This document shows, piece by piece, positions 30,034 to 39,141 of a stretch of 59,871 nt of DNA. Made by a program: the position numbers and the translations under genes. The number at the start of each line of letters is the position of its first letter. Position 1 is the stretch's first letter. The notes beneath the pieces are model-generated. The model searched no databases, was not told the DNA's origin, and worked only from the letters and a program-made list of their open reading frames with translations. Where the stretch lies: positions 1 to 59,871 of the forward strand of contig JBLIRN010000018.1 in NCBI GenBank assembly GCA_049472315.1, given 5' to 3'. Source of the DNA: a bacterium (lineage in GTDB: Bacteria > SZUA-182 > DTGQ01 > JAFGSM01).

Positions 30034-30998
30034 GGGGTCAGGTCTTGAATTATCAGTTTTTGTTATCACCTGAACAATCAGAACCGGGGTCAGTAAGATA
30101 ACCCCTTTTCAATATGTTACTTACCGTGGTGTAGTGAAGACCAAGGTATTTTCCTATCTCTGACAAGGTGTACCCATAGTGAAGATGCGCTGCAACAATT
30201 ATCCTATTCCTCTCCTCACCTTTGATTCTTTCTTTTTCTTCCTTGAAGAGCTCTTCCAAAGTCGGCCGAAAGACAAGACGGTCTGGTTTGGCAATTTCCT
30301 TTATCTTGCATTTATTTTTTAGTGCCGGTTTGACCGACTCGATAAATCCTCTATCTCCGATAATAGGCTGTGTCTTGAAGACCTCCCAGGGCACAGGCGT
30401 TTTCATCCCCTCATCAACAAACTGTCTGTAGAGCTGATGTGCCTCATGACGATTACCAGCAAATTGAGACAAAATCCAATCAACAGTTAAACAGGGCGGT
30501 CTATCGCTTAGGCCTGCTGTGGCCTGGTAGCTGCTCCAGACATATTCTCCTGTTTCCTTTACCATCCCTGCCCGGATTGGATTGAGAACCACATATCGGC
30601 AAAGCTCGAGGAGATAATTTTCCCGCTGTACCAGGATTGCCTTGTATCTTCCTTGAAATATGTGTCCCACGCGATTGTGACGATGATTAAACCATTGGGT
30701 GTAAACACCATTGAGATGGCGCATCGCACGTGAGAGGTTTGCCTCCATCGTTTCGATCAAAAGGTGATAATGATTGTCCATGAGACAATAGGCATGGCAA
30801 AGACAATTAAAACGCTCGACGAGTTTTTCAAGGATCGTTAGGAATTCCTTTCTGTCGCGGTCATCTTCAAAAATCGGCAACTGGGCATTGCCCCTTGTTA
30901 TTATATGGTAAATCGCACCAGGGAATTCTATTCGCAGTGGTCTCGACATAATAAAATGTAAATAACATAGAAAAACTGTCATTTCAAGACCTGACCCC
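30034..30998. mobile_element. RAYT/TnpA-REP element bounded by 27-bp inverted repeats
   Basis: Left GGGGTCAGGTCTTGAATTATCAGTTTT; right (reverse complement) GGGGTCAGGTCTTGAAATGACAGTTTT, 24/27 identical; an extra GGGGTCAG at 30086; low GC. Confidence 0.85.
30053..30949 (-). CDS. REP-associated tyrosine transposase (HUH Y1) with C-terminal HTH
   Basis: MSRPLRIEFPGAIYHIITRGN, CLMDNHYHLL (HUH), GHIFQGRYK, YVVLNPIRAG, WSSY; tail YTLSEIGKYLGLHYTTVS. Confidence 0.92.
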   Translation of the reverse strand: MSRPLRIEFPGAIYHIITRGNAQLPIFEDDRDRKEFLTILEKLVERFNCLCHAYCLMDNHYHLLIETMEANLSRAMRHLNGVYTQWFNHRHNRVGHIFQGRYKAILVQRENYLLELCRYVVLNPIRAGMVKETGEYVWSSYQATAGLSDRPPCLTVDWILSQFAGNRHEAHQLYRQFVDEGMKTPVPWEVFKTQPIIGDRGFIESVKPALKNKCKIKEIAKPDRLVFRPTLEELFKEEKERIKGEERNRIIVAAHLHYGYTLSEIGKYLGLHYTTVSNILKRGYLTDPGSDCSGDNKN

Positions 30999-31000
30999 AT

Positions 31001-31038
31001 AAAAAAAGGGGTGGATGAGGGCCCCTCATCCACCCCTT
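31001..31038 (-). terminator. Rho-independent terminator of the Gly/Tyr-rich protein gene
   Basis: 13-bp stem GGGGTGGATGAGG/CCTCATCCACCCC followed by T7 on the minus strand. Confidence 0.9.
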
Positions 31039-31054
31039 AGGGTTTCAACAGTAA

Positions 31055-32431
31055 TTACAACGGGAGTCCCAGGCCGAGTCCGCTGGCGAAGAGTCCGATG
31101 CTGAGCGGATCAAACGCGCCCAGACCGGTCAGACCGCCGCCGAGGCCGAAGGGATTGAACCCGCCAAGGCCGATTCCGCCAATGCCGAGGCCCACATTGC
31201 CGAGTGCGCCAAGGCCGCCGAGGGGCGGAATACCCGCAAGGCCGCCGAGGGGCGCAAGGCCGCCAAGGCCGAGTCCGCCGAGTGCGCCAAGGCCGCCAAT
31301 GCCGCCGAGTGCGCCAAGGCCGCCAAGGCCGCCGATGCCAAGGGCGGGTGACATAAACTGCTGCTGCTGGGGATAGCCATAGCCCTGCTGGGGATAGCCA
31401 TAGCCCTGCTGAGGATAGCCGTAGCCCTGCTGAGGATAGCCGTAGCCATATCCCTGCTGCGGGTAGCCATAGCCGTATCCCTGCTGCGGGTAGCCATAGC
31501 CGTATCCCTGCTGCGGGTAGCCATAGCCGCCGTAGTAGGGCTGTTGATAGCCGTATGCAGCACCCTGCCGGGGATAGCCGTAGCCACTGTAGCCATAGCC
31601 GTAAGGCTGCCCGTAGCCGTAGCCGGCGCCGGTGCCATATCCGTACCCAGTCGGATAGCCATAGCCGCTATAGGGATAGCCGTAGCCGTAGCCATAGCCG
31701 CTGTAAGGATAGCCGTAGGGGTACTGGCCGGTGGTGCCGTACTGTTCGTAGTAGGCCTGCTGGTATGTTCGCAGGTACAGGGTGTCATCCGAGGTCGAGA
31801 TGATGGGTGCGCCGACGCTGGAGGAGGTCGTGTGGTCCCAGTCTGCGTCGTCGAGGTCGTCGTAATCGCCGAAATCCTGGGAATCGTCATGATCGTGACC
31901 CAGGACGTCCTCGAATTTGATGAATTTCACCTTCACATAGTCGGTATACGTAGTCGCCTTCATAGTGATGGTGATCTTGTTGATCGTCGCACCATCCCAC
32001 GTGTAGGTATCCCAATCGTCGCCGATAATCTTTGCCCTGGCAAAGAGGCTGGTGAATGCCGGCACGTTTATATCATACCCGCTTGACATGCCGATTTCTT
32101 CGTAGCTGGGGCTGGACTTGTCATATGCGTCTTCACCAAGGTAATAGGTCAGGGTCTCATCATCGAGGTCTGCATCATCGTAATCATCATCGGCAGCAAG
32201 CACTATCTCGACATCGTCGCCGGTGCCTTCCTCTATCTCGAAGATGATCTCGAAGTAGCAGGTGGCCTTGATTTCCGTGGAGAAGAATTCATAGTTGGCG
32301 TCAATATCCACATCGTGATCCACGGTTACGGTTACGGTCTGGGCCTGCGCTGCAGGGGCACACAGGAGCGCGGACATCGCAACGAGGCTGACGGCCACAA
32401 TGATTACCTTCAAAAACCATTTATGTTTCAT
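31055..32431 (-). CDS. Secreted low-complexity protein (458 aa): signal peptide, acidic beta domain, Gly/Tyr/Gln repeats, Gly/Leu-rich tail
   Basis: AAGGAGG SD before ATG 32431; signal MKHKWFLK...APAAQA; own sigma54-type promoter and terminator; strongly C-ending codons. Confidence 0.9.
   Translation of the reverse strand: MKHKWFLKVIIVAVSLVAMSALLCAPAAQAQTVTVTVDHDVDIDANYEFFSTEIKATCYFEIIFEIEEGTGDDVEIVLAADDDYDDADLDDETLTYYLGEDAYDKSSPSYEEIGMSSGYDINVPAFTSLFARAKIIGDDWDTYTWDGATINKITITMKATTYTDYVKVKFIKFEDVLGHDHDDSQDFGDYDDLDDADWDHTTSSSVGAPIISTSDDTLYLRTYQQAYYEQYGTTGQYPYGYPYSGYGYGYGYPYSGYGYPTGYGYGTGAGYGYGQPYGYGYSGYGYPRQGAAYGYQQPYYGGYGYPQQGYGYGYPQQGYGYGYPQQGYGYGYPQQGYGYPQQGYGYPQQGYGYPQQQQFMSPALGIGGLGGLGALGGIGGLGALGGLGLGGLAPLGGLAGIPPLGGLGALGNVGLGIGGIGLGGFNPFGLGGGLTGLGAFDPLSIGLFASGLGLGLPL
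31358..31531 (-). repeat. Coding tandem repeats, 27-nt (GYGYGYPQQ x3) and 21-nt (GYGYPQQ x3)
   Basis: Read directly as CCCTGCTGCGGGTAGCCATAGCCGTAT-type units on the plus strand. Confidence 0.95.
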
Positions 32432-32507
32432 TAATATATCCTCCTTTTTTTTACAATCATCAATGAGGCTTCGGAATAACCCTTTTGATGGCAAGGCATT
32501 AACCACG

Positions 32508-32528
32508 TTACATATATTCACCTCCCTC
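32508..32528 (-). promoter_or_regulatory. Strong SD followed by a start-stop minimal ORF in the 5' leader
   Basis: Minus strand GAGGGAGGTG-AATAT-ATG-TAA, ending 76 nt upstream of the main start. Confidence 0.5.
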
Positions 32529-32695
32529 GAACAGGACTTCTCCCTTTCTGAAGATTACTTAAAATACAAACTATAAGACTGTTTTTGTGCTATAAACTTA
32601 CGAACCCCCCTGTTATATTATTGATTGTTAATCATAATATAATAATTAATTAAAAATTATTTAATAAAAAATACAAAAAATCTATTTTTAAATTC

Positions 32696-32711
32696 TGCAA
32701 TATTTATGCCA
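32696..32711 (-). promoter_or_regulatory. sigma54 -24/-12 promoter
   Basis: Minus strand TGGCATAAATATTGCA with GG-N10-GC spacing; IHF-like AATCAATCAGTAA at 32771-32783; AT-rich region. Confidence 0.8.
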
Positions 32712-32954
32712 GTAAAAGTATACAAAACAACATATTATAGCGGCGGCAGAAAACACCCACCAGGCCGCTGTTACTGATTGATTATAATAATGGAGATCAT
32801 ATTGTATTTCTGAACGATTCATCCCTCATCCACAACGCAGGGGGCCGGGTGTGCCCGAGCAAATATGAATATTCTTTCATTGTTTCATTAATCTTAAGGA
32901 TAATAGTATTAAATTTAATGCATTAGGAATATGTAATTTTTTTCATATACTGTA

Positions 32955-33923
32955 TCAAGTTTCAGCAAGACGAAGAGCGGAAAAAATAAAATTTTCAAGG
33001 GAATCCAACCAATGCGGCACCGGTGCGCCGGTCGCATCCTTATATCGTGTCTTGTCCAGCACGGAAAAGGAGGGCCGCGGGGCGGGCCGATTGAACTCCT
33101 TCGTGGTAATGGGCGTGATGTCCCTGGTCTTTGGTATGAATCCCCGGCGTTCCGCAAGCTCTATGCTTGCCCGGGCGAGTTCGTACCATGTGCAGCTTCC
33201 TTCCCCGGAAAAGTGATAGACCCCGAAGGCACCCGACCGAAGGAGTTGGAAGACCGCTTCGGACAAATCCCGGCACAAGGTCGGCGTGCCCTTCTGATCA
33301 TGGACCACGCTGATCCCGGCCTTTTTTTCGGCCAGATCGAGGAGCGTGGTGATAAAATTCGCACCATGGCGGCCGTAGAGCCATGAGGTGCGGATGATGA
33401 AGGATCTCGTGCACCCCTTCCCCCGGTCGAGGATGTGCTGTTCCCCCTCCCACTTCGACTTGCCATAGACCGAAAGGGGATTGGGCTCATCGGTTTCCAC
33501 ATAGGGGGTGCGTTTGCATCCGTCGAACACATAATCCGTGCTGAAGTGGACGAGAACGGCCCCTTTTGCCTCGCAGAGGGCCGCAATGCCGGCGAGGGCC
33601 TCCCCGTTGACCCTGAAAGCGGCCTCCTGATTCCGTTCCGCGTCATCGACCCTGGTATAGGCTGCGCAGTTACAAAATATGTCCGGCTTCCAGTCGGAAA
33701 ATACCTGTTCGAGCCATTGCACATCGCAGATGTCGCCGCTGTCCAGATCGAATCCCCGCACATCGTATCCCTTCGAAGAGAGGTAGGGGCCGAGGACACT
33801 GCCCAGCATCCCGCGCGCCCCGGAAAGGAGCACCCGTCCATCCCCGCGTATCCCTCCGGATGGGGGATCGGCCATTGAGGTATCACCTGTACCCTGCTTG
33901 GTTCGATGTTTCCCGATCGTCAC
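32955..33923 (-). CDS. rfbD: dTDP-4-dehydrorhamnose reductase; start uncertain
   Basis: GARGMLG, CAAYTRVD, STDYVFDG, YGKSK, RPAPRP. Confidence 0.93.
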   Translation of the reverse strand: MTIGKHRTKQGTGDTSMADPPSGGIRGDGRVLLSGARGMLGSVLGPYLSSKGYDVRGFDLDSGDICDVQWLEQVFSDWKPDIFCNCAAYTRVDDAERNQEAAFRVNGEALAGIAALCEAKGAVLVHFSTDYVFDGCKRTPYVETDEPNPLSVYGKSKWEGEQHILDRGKGCTRSFIIRTSWLYGRHGANFITTLLDLAEKKAGISVVHDQKGTPTLCRDLSEAVFQLLRSGAFGVYHFSGEGSCTWYELARASIELAERRGFIPKTRDITPITTKEFNRPAPRPSFSVLDKTRYKDATGAPVPHWLDSLENFIFSALRLAET

Positions 33924-34675
33924 GTCCTTCCCAATCCTCTCCTCCCGATCACCATGTCCGCCTGGTGTACCTGGTCGAAAAAGGCCTGTAACCTCTCGGC
34001 GTCCTTTTTCCCCGGCTCCCTCTCCACGCCGCTGCAGGTGTCCACGGCAAAGGGGCGTACCTGCAAGATTGCCTGGCCCACATTGCCCGGGTGGAGTCCG
34101 CCGGAGAGGATGATCGGTCCGAATGCAGCGGCCGACTGGACCAGGTTCCAGTCAAAGGTTTTCCCCGTACCCCCTGCACGGTCGTGGACAAAGGTGTCGA
34201 GCAAAAAGGCCCTTTCCCGCGAGGAAATAGTGTAATCCTGCATGGTGCCGAGTGAGCGTTCATCCTGCATGCGAAAGGCCTTGATATAGTCGATATCCAG
34301 GGACTCGCAGTATTCCGGGGGCTCACTGCCATGCAATTGAACGATATGGAGGTTGCAGAAGAGGACTACGTCCCGAATCCATTCAGGGTCCTGATCCTTG
34401 AACACCCCTATCCTGGTCACCAGGGGGGGGATCTGAGCGGTAATGGCGGATGCGGCCTCAGGCTCCAGGCAGCGCGGGCTTTCCCGGGTGAAGATGAATC
34501 CCAGTGCGTCGGCACCCAGATGAACCGCCTCCATCGCGTCCGACAGGGAGGTCAAACCGCAAATCTTGACCCTGGTGCGCTGATAGGGGATGTTCTCTCT
34601 CAGTCCGTTCATGGCATGTAATGACCGATCTTCTGGTCGGCCGGGAATAAAGGTGTATGGCTCGTCGCCGGGCAA
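33920..34675 (-). CDS. trpF: Phosphoribosylanthranilate isomerase; true start may be 34612
   Basis: VKICGLT, VQLHGSE, GGTGKTFDW, LSGGL, SGVE. Confidence 0.95.
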   Translation of the reverse strand: MPGDEPYTFIPGRPEDRSLHAMNGLRENIPYQRTRVKICGLTSLSDAMEAVHLGADALGFIFTRESPRCLEPEAASAITAQIPPLVTRIGVFKDQDPEWIRDVVLFCNLHIVQLHGSEPPEYCESLDIDYIKAFRMQDERSLGTMQDYTISSRERAFLLDTFVHDRAGGTGKTFDWNLVQSAAAFGPIILSGGLHPGNVGQAILQVRPFAVDTCSGVEREPGKKDAERLQAFFDQVHQADMVIGRRGLGRT

Positions 34676-34679
34676 CCAC

Positions 34680-35498
34680 TCATGGGTCGTGTCTCTTTTC
34701 TTTCATGCCGGACACCCTGGTCAGGCTCCGGATCAACTCCATGAGGTGGGGGGCGGTCACCAGCGCCTCTCCCACCAGGATTCCCTTCACTCCCCAGGAG
34801 GCCACACGTTTTGCCTCGCTGATCCCCCTGATGCCGCTCTCGCTGATAACGAGGAGTTCCTTCGGGAGAAGGGAAGCCAGGCGAAAGGTGGTCTCCAGAT
34901 CAACCCGGAAGGTGGCGAGATCACGGTTGTTGATGCCGATAATGCGGGCCCCCGAGTCCACAGCCCGTGGAATCTCCTCTTCTGCGTGAATCTCCACCAG
35001 TGGCTGCATCCCCAGTTCCCGGGCCACGTCAGCCAGTTCACGGATCTCGCTCGGGGTGAGAACCGCAGCGATGAGCAGCACCGCATCCGCCCCCCATGCC
35101 CGGGCCTCGTACACCTGGAAGGGGTGGATGATGAAGTCCTTCCTGAGAATGGGCAGGGTGCAGGCTGCCCGGGCCCTCGCCAGGTCCTCCAGGCTCCCCC
35201 GGAAATACTCCTCCTCGGTAAGCACGGAAAGGGCCGAAGCACCGAATTTCTGGTATGCCGCAGCCTGGGATTCCGCATCCAGGTCCTTCCGCATGGTGCC
35301 CTTTGAAGGGGACGCCCGTTTTATCTCCGCAATCAGCGACAGGTGCGCGGAATCGGCCAGGGCGGCGTAAAAGTCGCGGGGGGGCGATGCTGCAAGGGCC
35401 TTTGCCTTGACGGCGTTGAGTCCGGGATCGGCCGCAACGCCTGCCTCCACCCGCTGCCGCGTGGTGTGCAGGATCCTGCCCAAAAACGACTTTTTCAT
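34680..35498 (-). CDS. trpC: Indole-3-glycerol phosphate synthase
   Basis: IAEIKRASPSKG, LSVLTE, LRKDF, GINNRDL, SESGI. Confidence 0.97.
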   Translation of the reverse strand: MKKSFLGRILHTTRQRVEAGVAADPGLNAVKAKALAASPPRDFYAALADSAHLSLIAEIKRASPSKGTMRKDLDAESQAAAYQKFGASALSVLTEEEYFRGSLEDLARARAACTLPILRKDFIIHPFQVYEARAWGADAVLLIAAVLTPSEIRELADVARELGMQPLVEIHAEEEIPRAVDSGARIIGINNRDLATFRVDLETTFRLASLLPKELLVISESGIRGISEAKRVASWGVKGILVGEALVTAPHLMELIRSLTRVSGMKEKRHDP

Positions 35499-36517
35499 GG
35501 CTGCGATGCCGTAAGGGGCATCATCCGGCGCAGCCCCTCCAGTTTATCCTTTGCCGCACCCGAATCGATGCTCTCCTGCGCCTTGCGGATTCCCTGCGCC
35601 AGGTCGCCTGCCAGGTCCGCCACATAAATGGCCGCGCCTGCGTTGAGAAGACAGATATCCCGCTTGGGCCCTCGTTCCCCGCCGAGTATGGCCGTGCACA
35701 GCCGGGCGTTTTCCTGGGCCTCCCCGCCCTTCAAGTCGCCCGGGCGTGCCAGGGAAAACCCTAATTCCACGGGGTTAATCTCGTAGGTGACAATCCGGTC
35801 CTGCTTCAACTCCGTGATCCTGGTGGGGCCGGTGGTGGTGATCTCGTCGAGACCGTCCATGCCGTGGACGACCATCACGTGTTCACTTCCCAGGTTTTTA
35901 AGGACCATGGCCATGGTCTCGGTGAGCTCCGGGGCATACACGCCGATCAACTGGGCCTTTGCCCCTGCCGGATTGGTCATTGGGCCGAGGACATTGAACA
36001 CCGTCCGGATCCCGATTTCCCGCCGGGGCCCGATGGCGTATTTCATGGAGGCGTGGAGCAGGGGTGCAAACAGGAACCCGATGCCCACCTCGTTGAGGCA
36101 TCGTTCCACCTCCTCCACGGGTGCGGTGATATTGATCCCCAGGGCCTGGAGGCAGTCCGCGCTCCCGCAACTGCTCGAAACCGAGCGGTTGCCGTGCTTG
36201 GCCACCATGGCACCCGCTCCGGCGGCAATGAATGCCGAAGCGGTGGAGATATTGAAGGTGCGGGCCCCGTCTCCTCCGGTTCCGCAGGTGTCGATGACCG
36301 GCCCCTGCGCCTTCAGGTGGGTGGCCTTTTCCCGCATGATTTCGGTGAAACCCGTGATCTCGTCAACGGTTTCCCCCTTCATGCGCAGCGCCGTGATGAA
36401 TGAAGCGATCTGGGCGTCCGTTGCATTGCCGCTCATGATCTCTTCCATCGTCATGGCCGCCTCCTCCCGGGAAAGGTCCTTGCAGGTAACGGCCTTTGTA
36501 ATCGCCTCTTTAATCAT
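35495..36517 (-). CDS. trpD: Anthranilate phosphoribosyltransferase
   Basis: DTCGTGGDG, FNIST, KHGNRSVSS, GLDE. Confidence 0.97.
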   Translation of the reverse strand: MIKEAITKAVTCKDLSREEAAMTMEEIMSGNATDAQIASFITALRMKGETVDEITGFTEIMREKATHLKAQGPVIDTCGTGGDGARTFNISTASAFIAAGAGAMVAKHGNRSVSSSCGSADCLQALGINITAPVEEVERCLNEVGIGFLFAPLLHASMKYAIGPRREIGIRTVFNVLGPMTNPAGAKAQLIGVYAPELTETMAMVLKNLGSEHVMVVHGMDGLDEITTTGPTRITELKQDRIVTYEINPVELGFSLARPGDLKGGEAQENARLCTAILGGERGPKRDICLLNAGAAIYVADLAGDLAQGIRKAQESIDSGAAKDKLEGLRRMMPLTASQP

Positions 36518-36562
36518 GGCCCATTCTCCTCTACAGCGAAAGTTCAGCGGGCAGCACGTGCC

Positions 36563-37120
36563 TCAGATAAAGTTCCTCAACAGGTCCTTCCCGCAACGGG
36601 TCAATATGGACTCCGGGTGGAACTGGACCCCCTCGATGGGGAATGCCCGGTGGCGGACGCCCATGATCTCGTCCTGATCGGTGCGGGAGGTCACCTCGAG
36701 ACACTCCGGCAGTGTTGCGGGATCCACAATAAGCGAGTGGTAGCGGGTTGCCTCGAAGGGATTGGGGAGTCCGTGGTATACCCCCTTCCCGTCATGGTGG
36801 ATGAGGGATGTTTTGCCGTGCATGAGCCGCCGTGCCCGAACAATCTTCGCGCCGAAGGTGTGACCGATGCACTGGTGACCGAGGCACACCCCCAGGAGGG
36901 GTATCTTCGGGCCGAATTCCCGTATGACCTCGTTTGATATGCCGGCCTCAAGCGGTGTGCATGGGCCCGGTGAGATGATGATCCGTTCCGGTTTGAGCCG
37001 TGCGATCGCCTCGATGGTGATCTGGTCGTTTCTGAACACGCGCACCTGCTCTCCCAGCTCACCGAGGTACTGGACGAGGTTGTAGGTAAAGGAGTCGTAA
37101 TTGTCGATCATCAGAATCAT
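36563..37120 (-). CDS. trpG: Anthranilate synthase component II
   Basis: [28 protein letters not shown]. Confidence 0.95.
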   Translation of the reverse strand: MILMIDNYDSFTYNLVQYLGELGEQVRVFRNDQITIEAIARLKPERIIISPGPCTPLEAGISNEVIREFGPKIPLLGVCLGHQCIGHTFGAKIVRARRLMHGKTSLIHHDGKGVYHGLPNPFEATRYHSLIVDPATLPECLEVTSRTDQDEIMGVRHRAFPIEGVQFHPESILTRCGKDLLRNFI

Positions 37121-37189
37121 GGCACGTCCACCTCGTCAAGGCACACCAGGGGATCCGCGCTGTTTCCCCGAAAGTCGGCATTCCCGTAT

Positions 37190-38737
37190 TCAGTCACCCT
37201 GCTGCCCACTTCGCCCTTTTCCTCCCTCTGCCAGTCGAATGGCCTCCACCAGGGCGCCCGCCTTGTTGATCGTTTCCTGGAATTCCTTATCCGGGTCGGA
37301 ATCAGCCACGATCCCTGCGCCCGCCTGGATATATGCCTGTCCATCCTTCACCACCACGGTCCTGATGGTGATGCAGGTATCCATATTCCCGGAGAAGCTG
37401 AAATAGCCCACTGCGCCCGCATATGCCCCCCTGATGCTCGGCTCGGTTTCCTCGATGATCTCCATGGCCCGGATCTTGGGGGCGCCGGTCACCGTACCAG
37501 CCGGAAAACAGGCAACGAGGCAGTCATAGGGGTCCTTGTCCGGACTGATCCTCCCGGTAACCTGCGACACGATATGCATGACATGTGAATAGCGTTCTAT
37601 GGTCATGAGTTCCGGGCATCGCACCGATCCGTATTCGCATACCCTGCCCATGTCATTCCGGGCAAGGTCCACCAGCATGATGTGCTCTGCACGCTCCTTG
37701 GGATCGGCCAGGAGCTCTTCCGCGAGGCGCCGGTCCTCCTCCTCCGTCGCCCCTCTCCAGCGGGTGCCGGCGATGGGCCTTTCCTCCACCGCCCCTTCCT
37801 CCACCCTGACCATGAGCTCCGGTGACGAACCGATGATGTTGAGCCCGTGGTGCTTCAGAAGGAACATGTACGGGGAGGGATTGATGAGACGCAGCGACCG
37901 GTAGATGTCGAAGGGATCGCACGAGATGGGGGTGGAGAACCGCTGGGACAGAACCACCTGGATGATGTCGCCTGCGGCGATGTACTCCTTTGCCCGCAGC
38001 ACTGCGCGTTTGAAGTCCGCCGGCTCGAAGTTCGATCGCAGGGGAAGAGGGGCGGCCACCGGCTCTTCCAGCAAGGAGATAGGGGGAAGGGGCTGTTTCA
38101 GGTCATGGATGACGCCGTCGATCCGCGCAACCGCGTCCTCGTAGGCTCGATCGATGGCCTTGGCGCTCATACCCTCGCCGCCATCCGGTTGATCGAGGTA
38201 TGCATGGGAGAGCACCTTGATCCTGTTGGTCATGTGGTCGAAGATAAGGAGGGTGTCGGTAATGAAGAAGAGACACTCAGGGATGTGCAGCACGTCCGGA
38301 GCCATTTCGGGTAATCGTTCCTCATAGCGGACCATGTCGTAGCTCAGGTATCCCACTGCGCCGCCGATGAACCGGGGCAATCCCTCCACGGCAACGGGGC
38401 GGTACCGGGACATGAGGTCCCTGAGGAGAAAAAGGGGATTCCTCCCCTCTGCATGCACCGTTTCCTCCTGTGTCGCGGATGTATGATATCCGCCCCTGAT
38501 GGTGACACCCTGCCGGTCCGCCTGGAAAATCTGCACCGGATTGGTGCCCAGAAAGGAGTACCGTGCGATCCTCTCCCCGCCCACCACGCTTTCGAGGAGG
38601 AAGGAGGATGCATGGCGGTCGATCTTTTTGAATGCGGAAACCGGTGTCTCGGTATCCGCGCATAGATCCCGGTAGATAGGAATGAGATTCCCCTTGCAGG
38701 CAAGGGATCGGAATTGTTCCGGGTCAGGATGATACAT
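37190..38737 (-). CDS. trpE: Anthranilate synthase component I
   Basis: [37 protein letters not shown]; start at MYHPDP after GAGGA. Confidence 0.96.
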   Translation of the reverse strand: MYHPDPEQFRSLACKGNLIPIYRDLCADTETPVSAFKKIDRHASSFLLESVVGGERIARYSFLGTNPVQIFQADRQGVTIRGGYHTSATQEETVHAEGRNPLFLLRDLMSRYRPVAVEGLPRFIGGAVGYLSYDMVRYEERLPEMAPDVLHIPECLFFITDTLLIFDHMTNRIKVLSHAYLDQPDGGEGMSAKAIDRAYEDAVARIDGVIHDLKQPLPPISLLEEPVAAPLPLRSNFEPADFKRAVLRAKEYIAAGDIIQVVLSQRFSTPISCDPFDIYRSLRLINPSPYMFLLKHHGLNIIGSSPELMVRVEEGAVEERPIAGTRWRGATEEEDRRLAEELLADPKERAEHIMLVDLARNDMGRVCEYGSVRCPELMTIERYSHVMHIVSQVTGRISPDKDPYDCLVACFPAGTVTGAPKIRAMEIIEETEPSIRGAYAGAVGYFSFSGNMDTCITIRTVVVKDGQAYIQAGAGIVADSDPDKEFQETINKAGALVEAIRLAEGGKGRSGQQGD

Positions 38738-38789
38738 GCGGTCCTCAATCCATCGGGCGCTTGCGGATAATAGAAAAAATAATAATGGA

Positions 38790-38818
38790 ATTATGAAATT
38801 ATATGTGTTTATCTTCAA
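38790..38818 (-). promoter_or_regulatory. sigma70-type promoter of the trp operon
   Basis: Minus strand TTGAAG-N17-CATAAT, giving a leader of about 46 nt. Confidence 0.5.
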
Positions 38819-38895
38819 AAAAACAAGGGCTGCTGTGGGACGGCAATTCTTATTTTGATATCATGTCGTTGCGAGCAGACATATATACTCCGCTG

Positions 38896-38986
38896 GACGG
38901 GAAGGGGGTGCGCCAACCAAACTCTGTGAGAGCGAGGCGAAGCGGAGCACTATGTTGCCCTCTGAGTTACCTGTAAGGCCCGCTTC
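38896..38986 (-). repeat. Dispersed REP/MITE-like element, long copy C
   Basis: Reverse complement GAAGCGGGCCTTACAGGTAACTCAGAGGGCAACATAGTGCTCCGCTTCGCCTCGC...GTTGGCGCACCCCCTTCCCGT. Confidence 0.85.
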
Positions 38987-39141
38987 AGGAAACGTCCAGC
39001 CTCCCTCTATCGCTCCGTAAACATATCTGCTCGCGCCTTTGGCCAACAGGTTCACAATCGGAATTGCTGGAAGAGAAAAAAATAACGGGAATGGAAGCAG
39101 CAGGCGTGGTTTCCTATCCAGGAGGCTTCAGCCCGCGAACG

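Noticed and set aside
31098..32086. Pro/Arg-rich and Ala/Thr-rich ORFs overlapping the Gly/Tyr gene
   Set aside because: Alternative-frame readings of low-complexity repeats; only the 32431 frame has an SD, signal peptide and terminator
22504..32950. Genomic island integrated at tRNA-Pro
   Set aside because: No integrase and no duplicated tRNA 3' end seen; the adjacent activator gene has host-like composition
38861..39055. 64-aa ORF as a trp leader peptide
   Set aside because: It has a single Trp, runs through repeat copy C, and lies upstream of the predicted trp promoter
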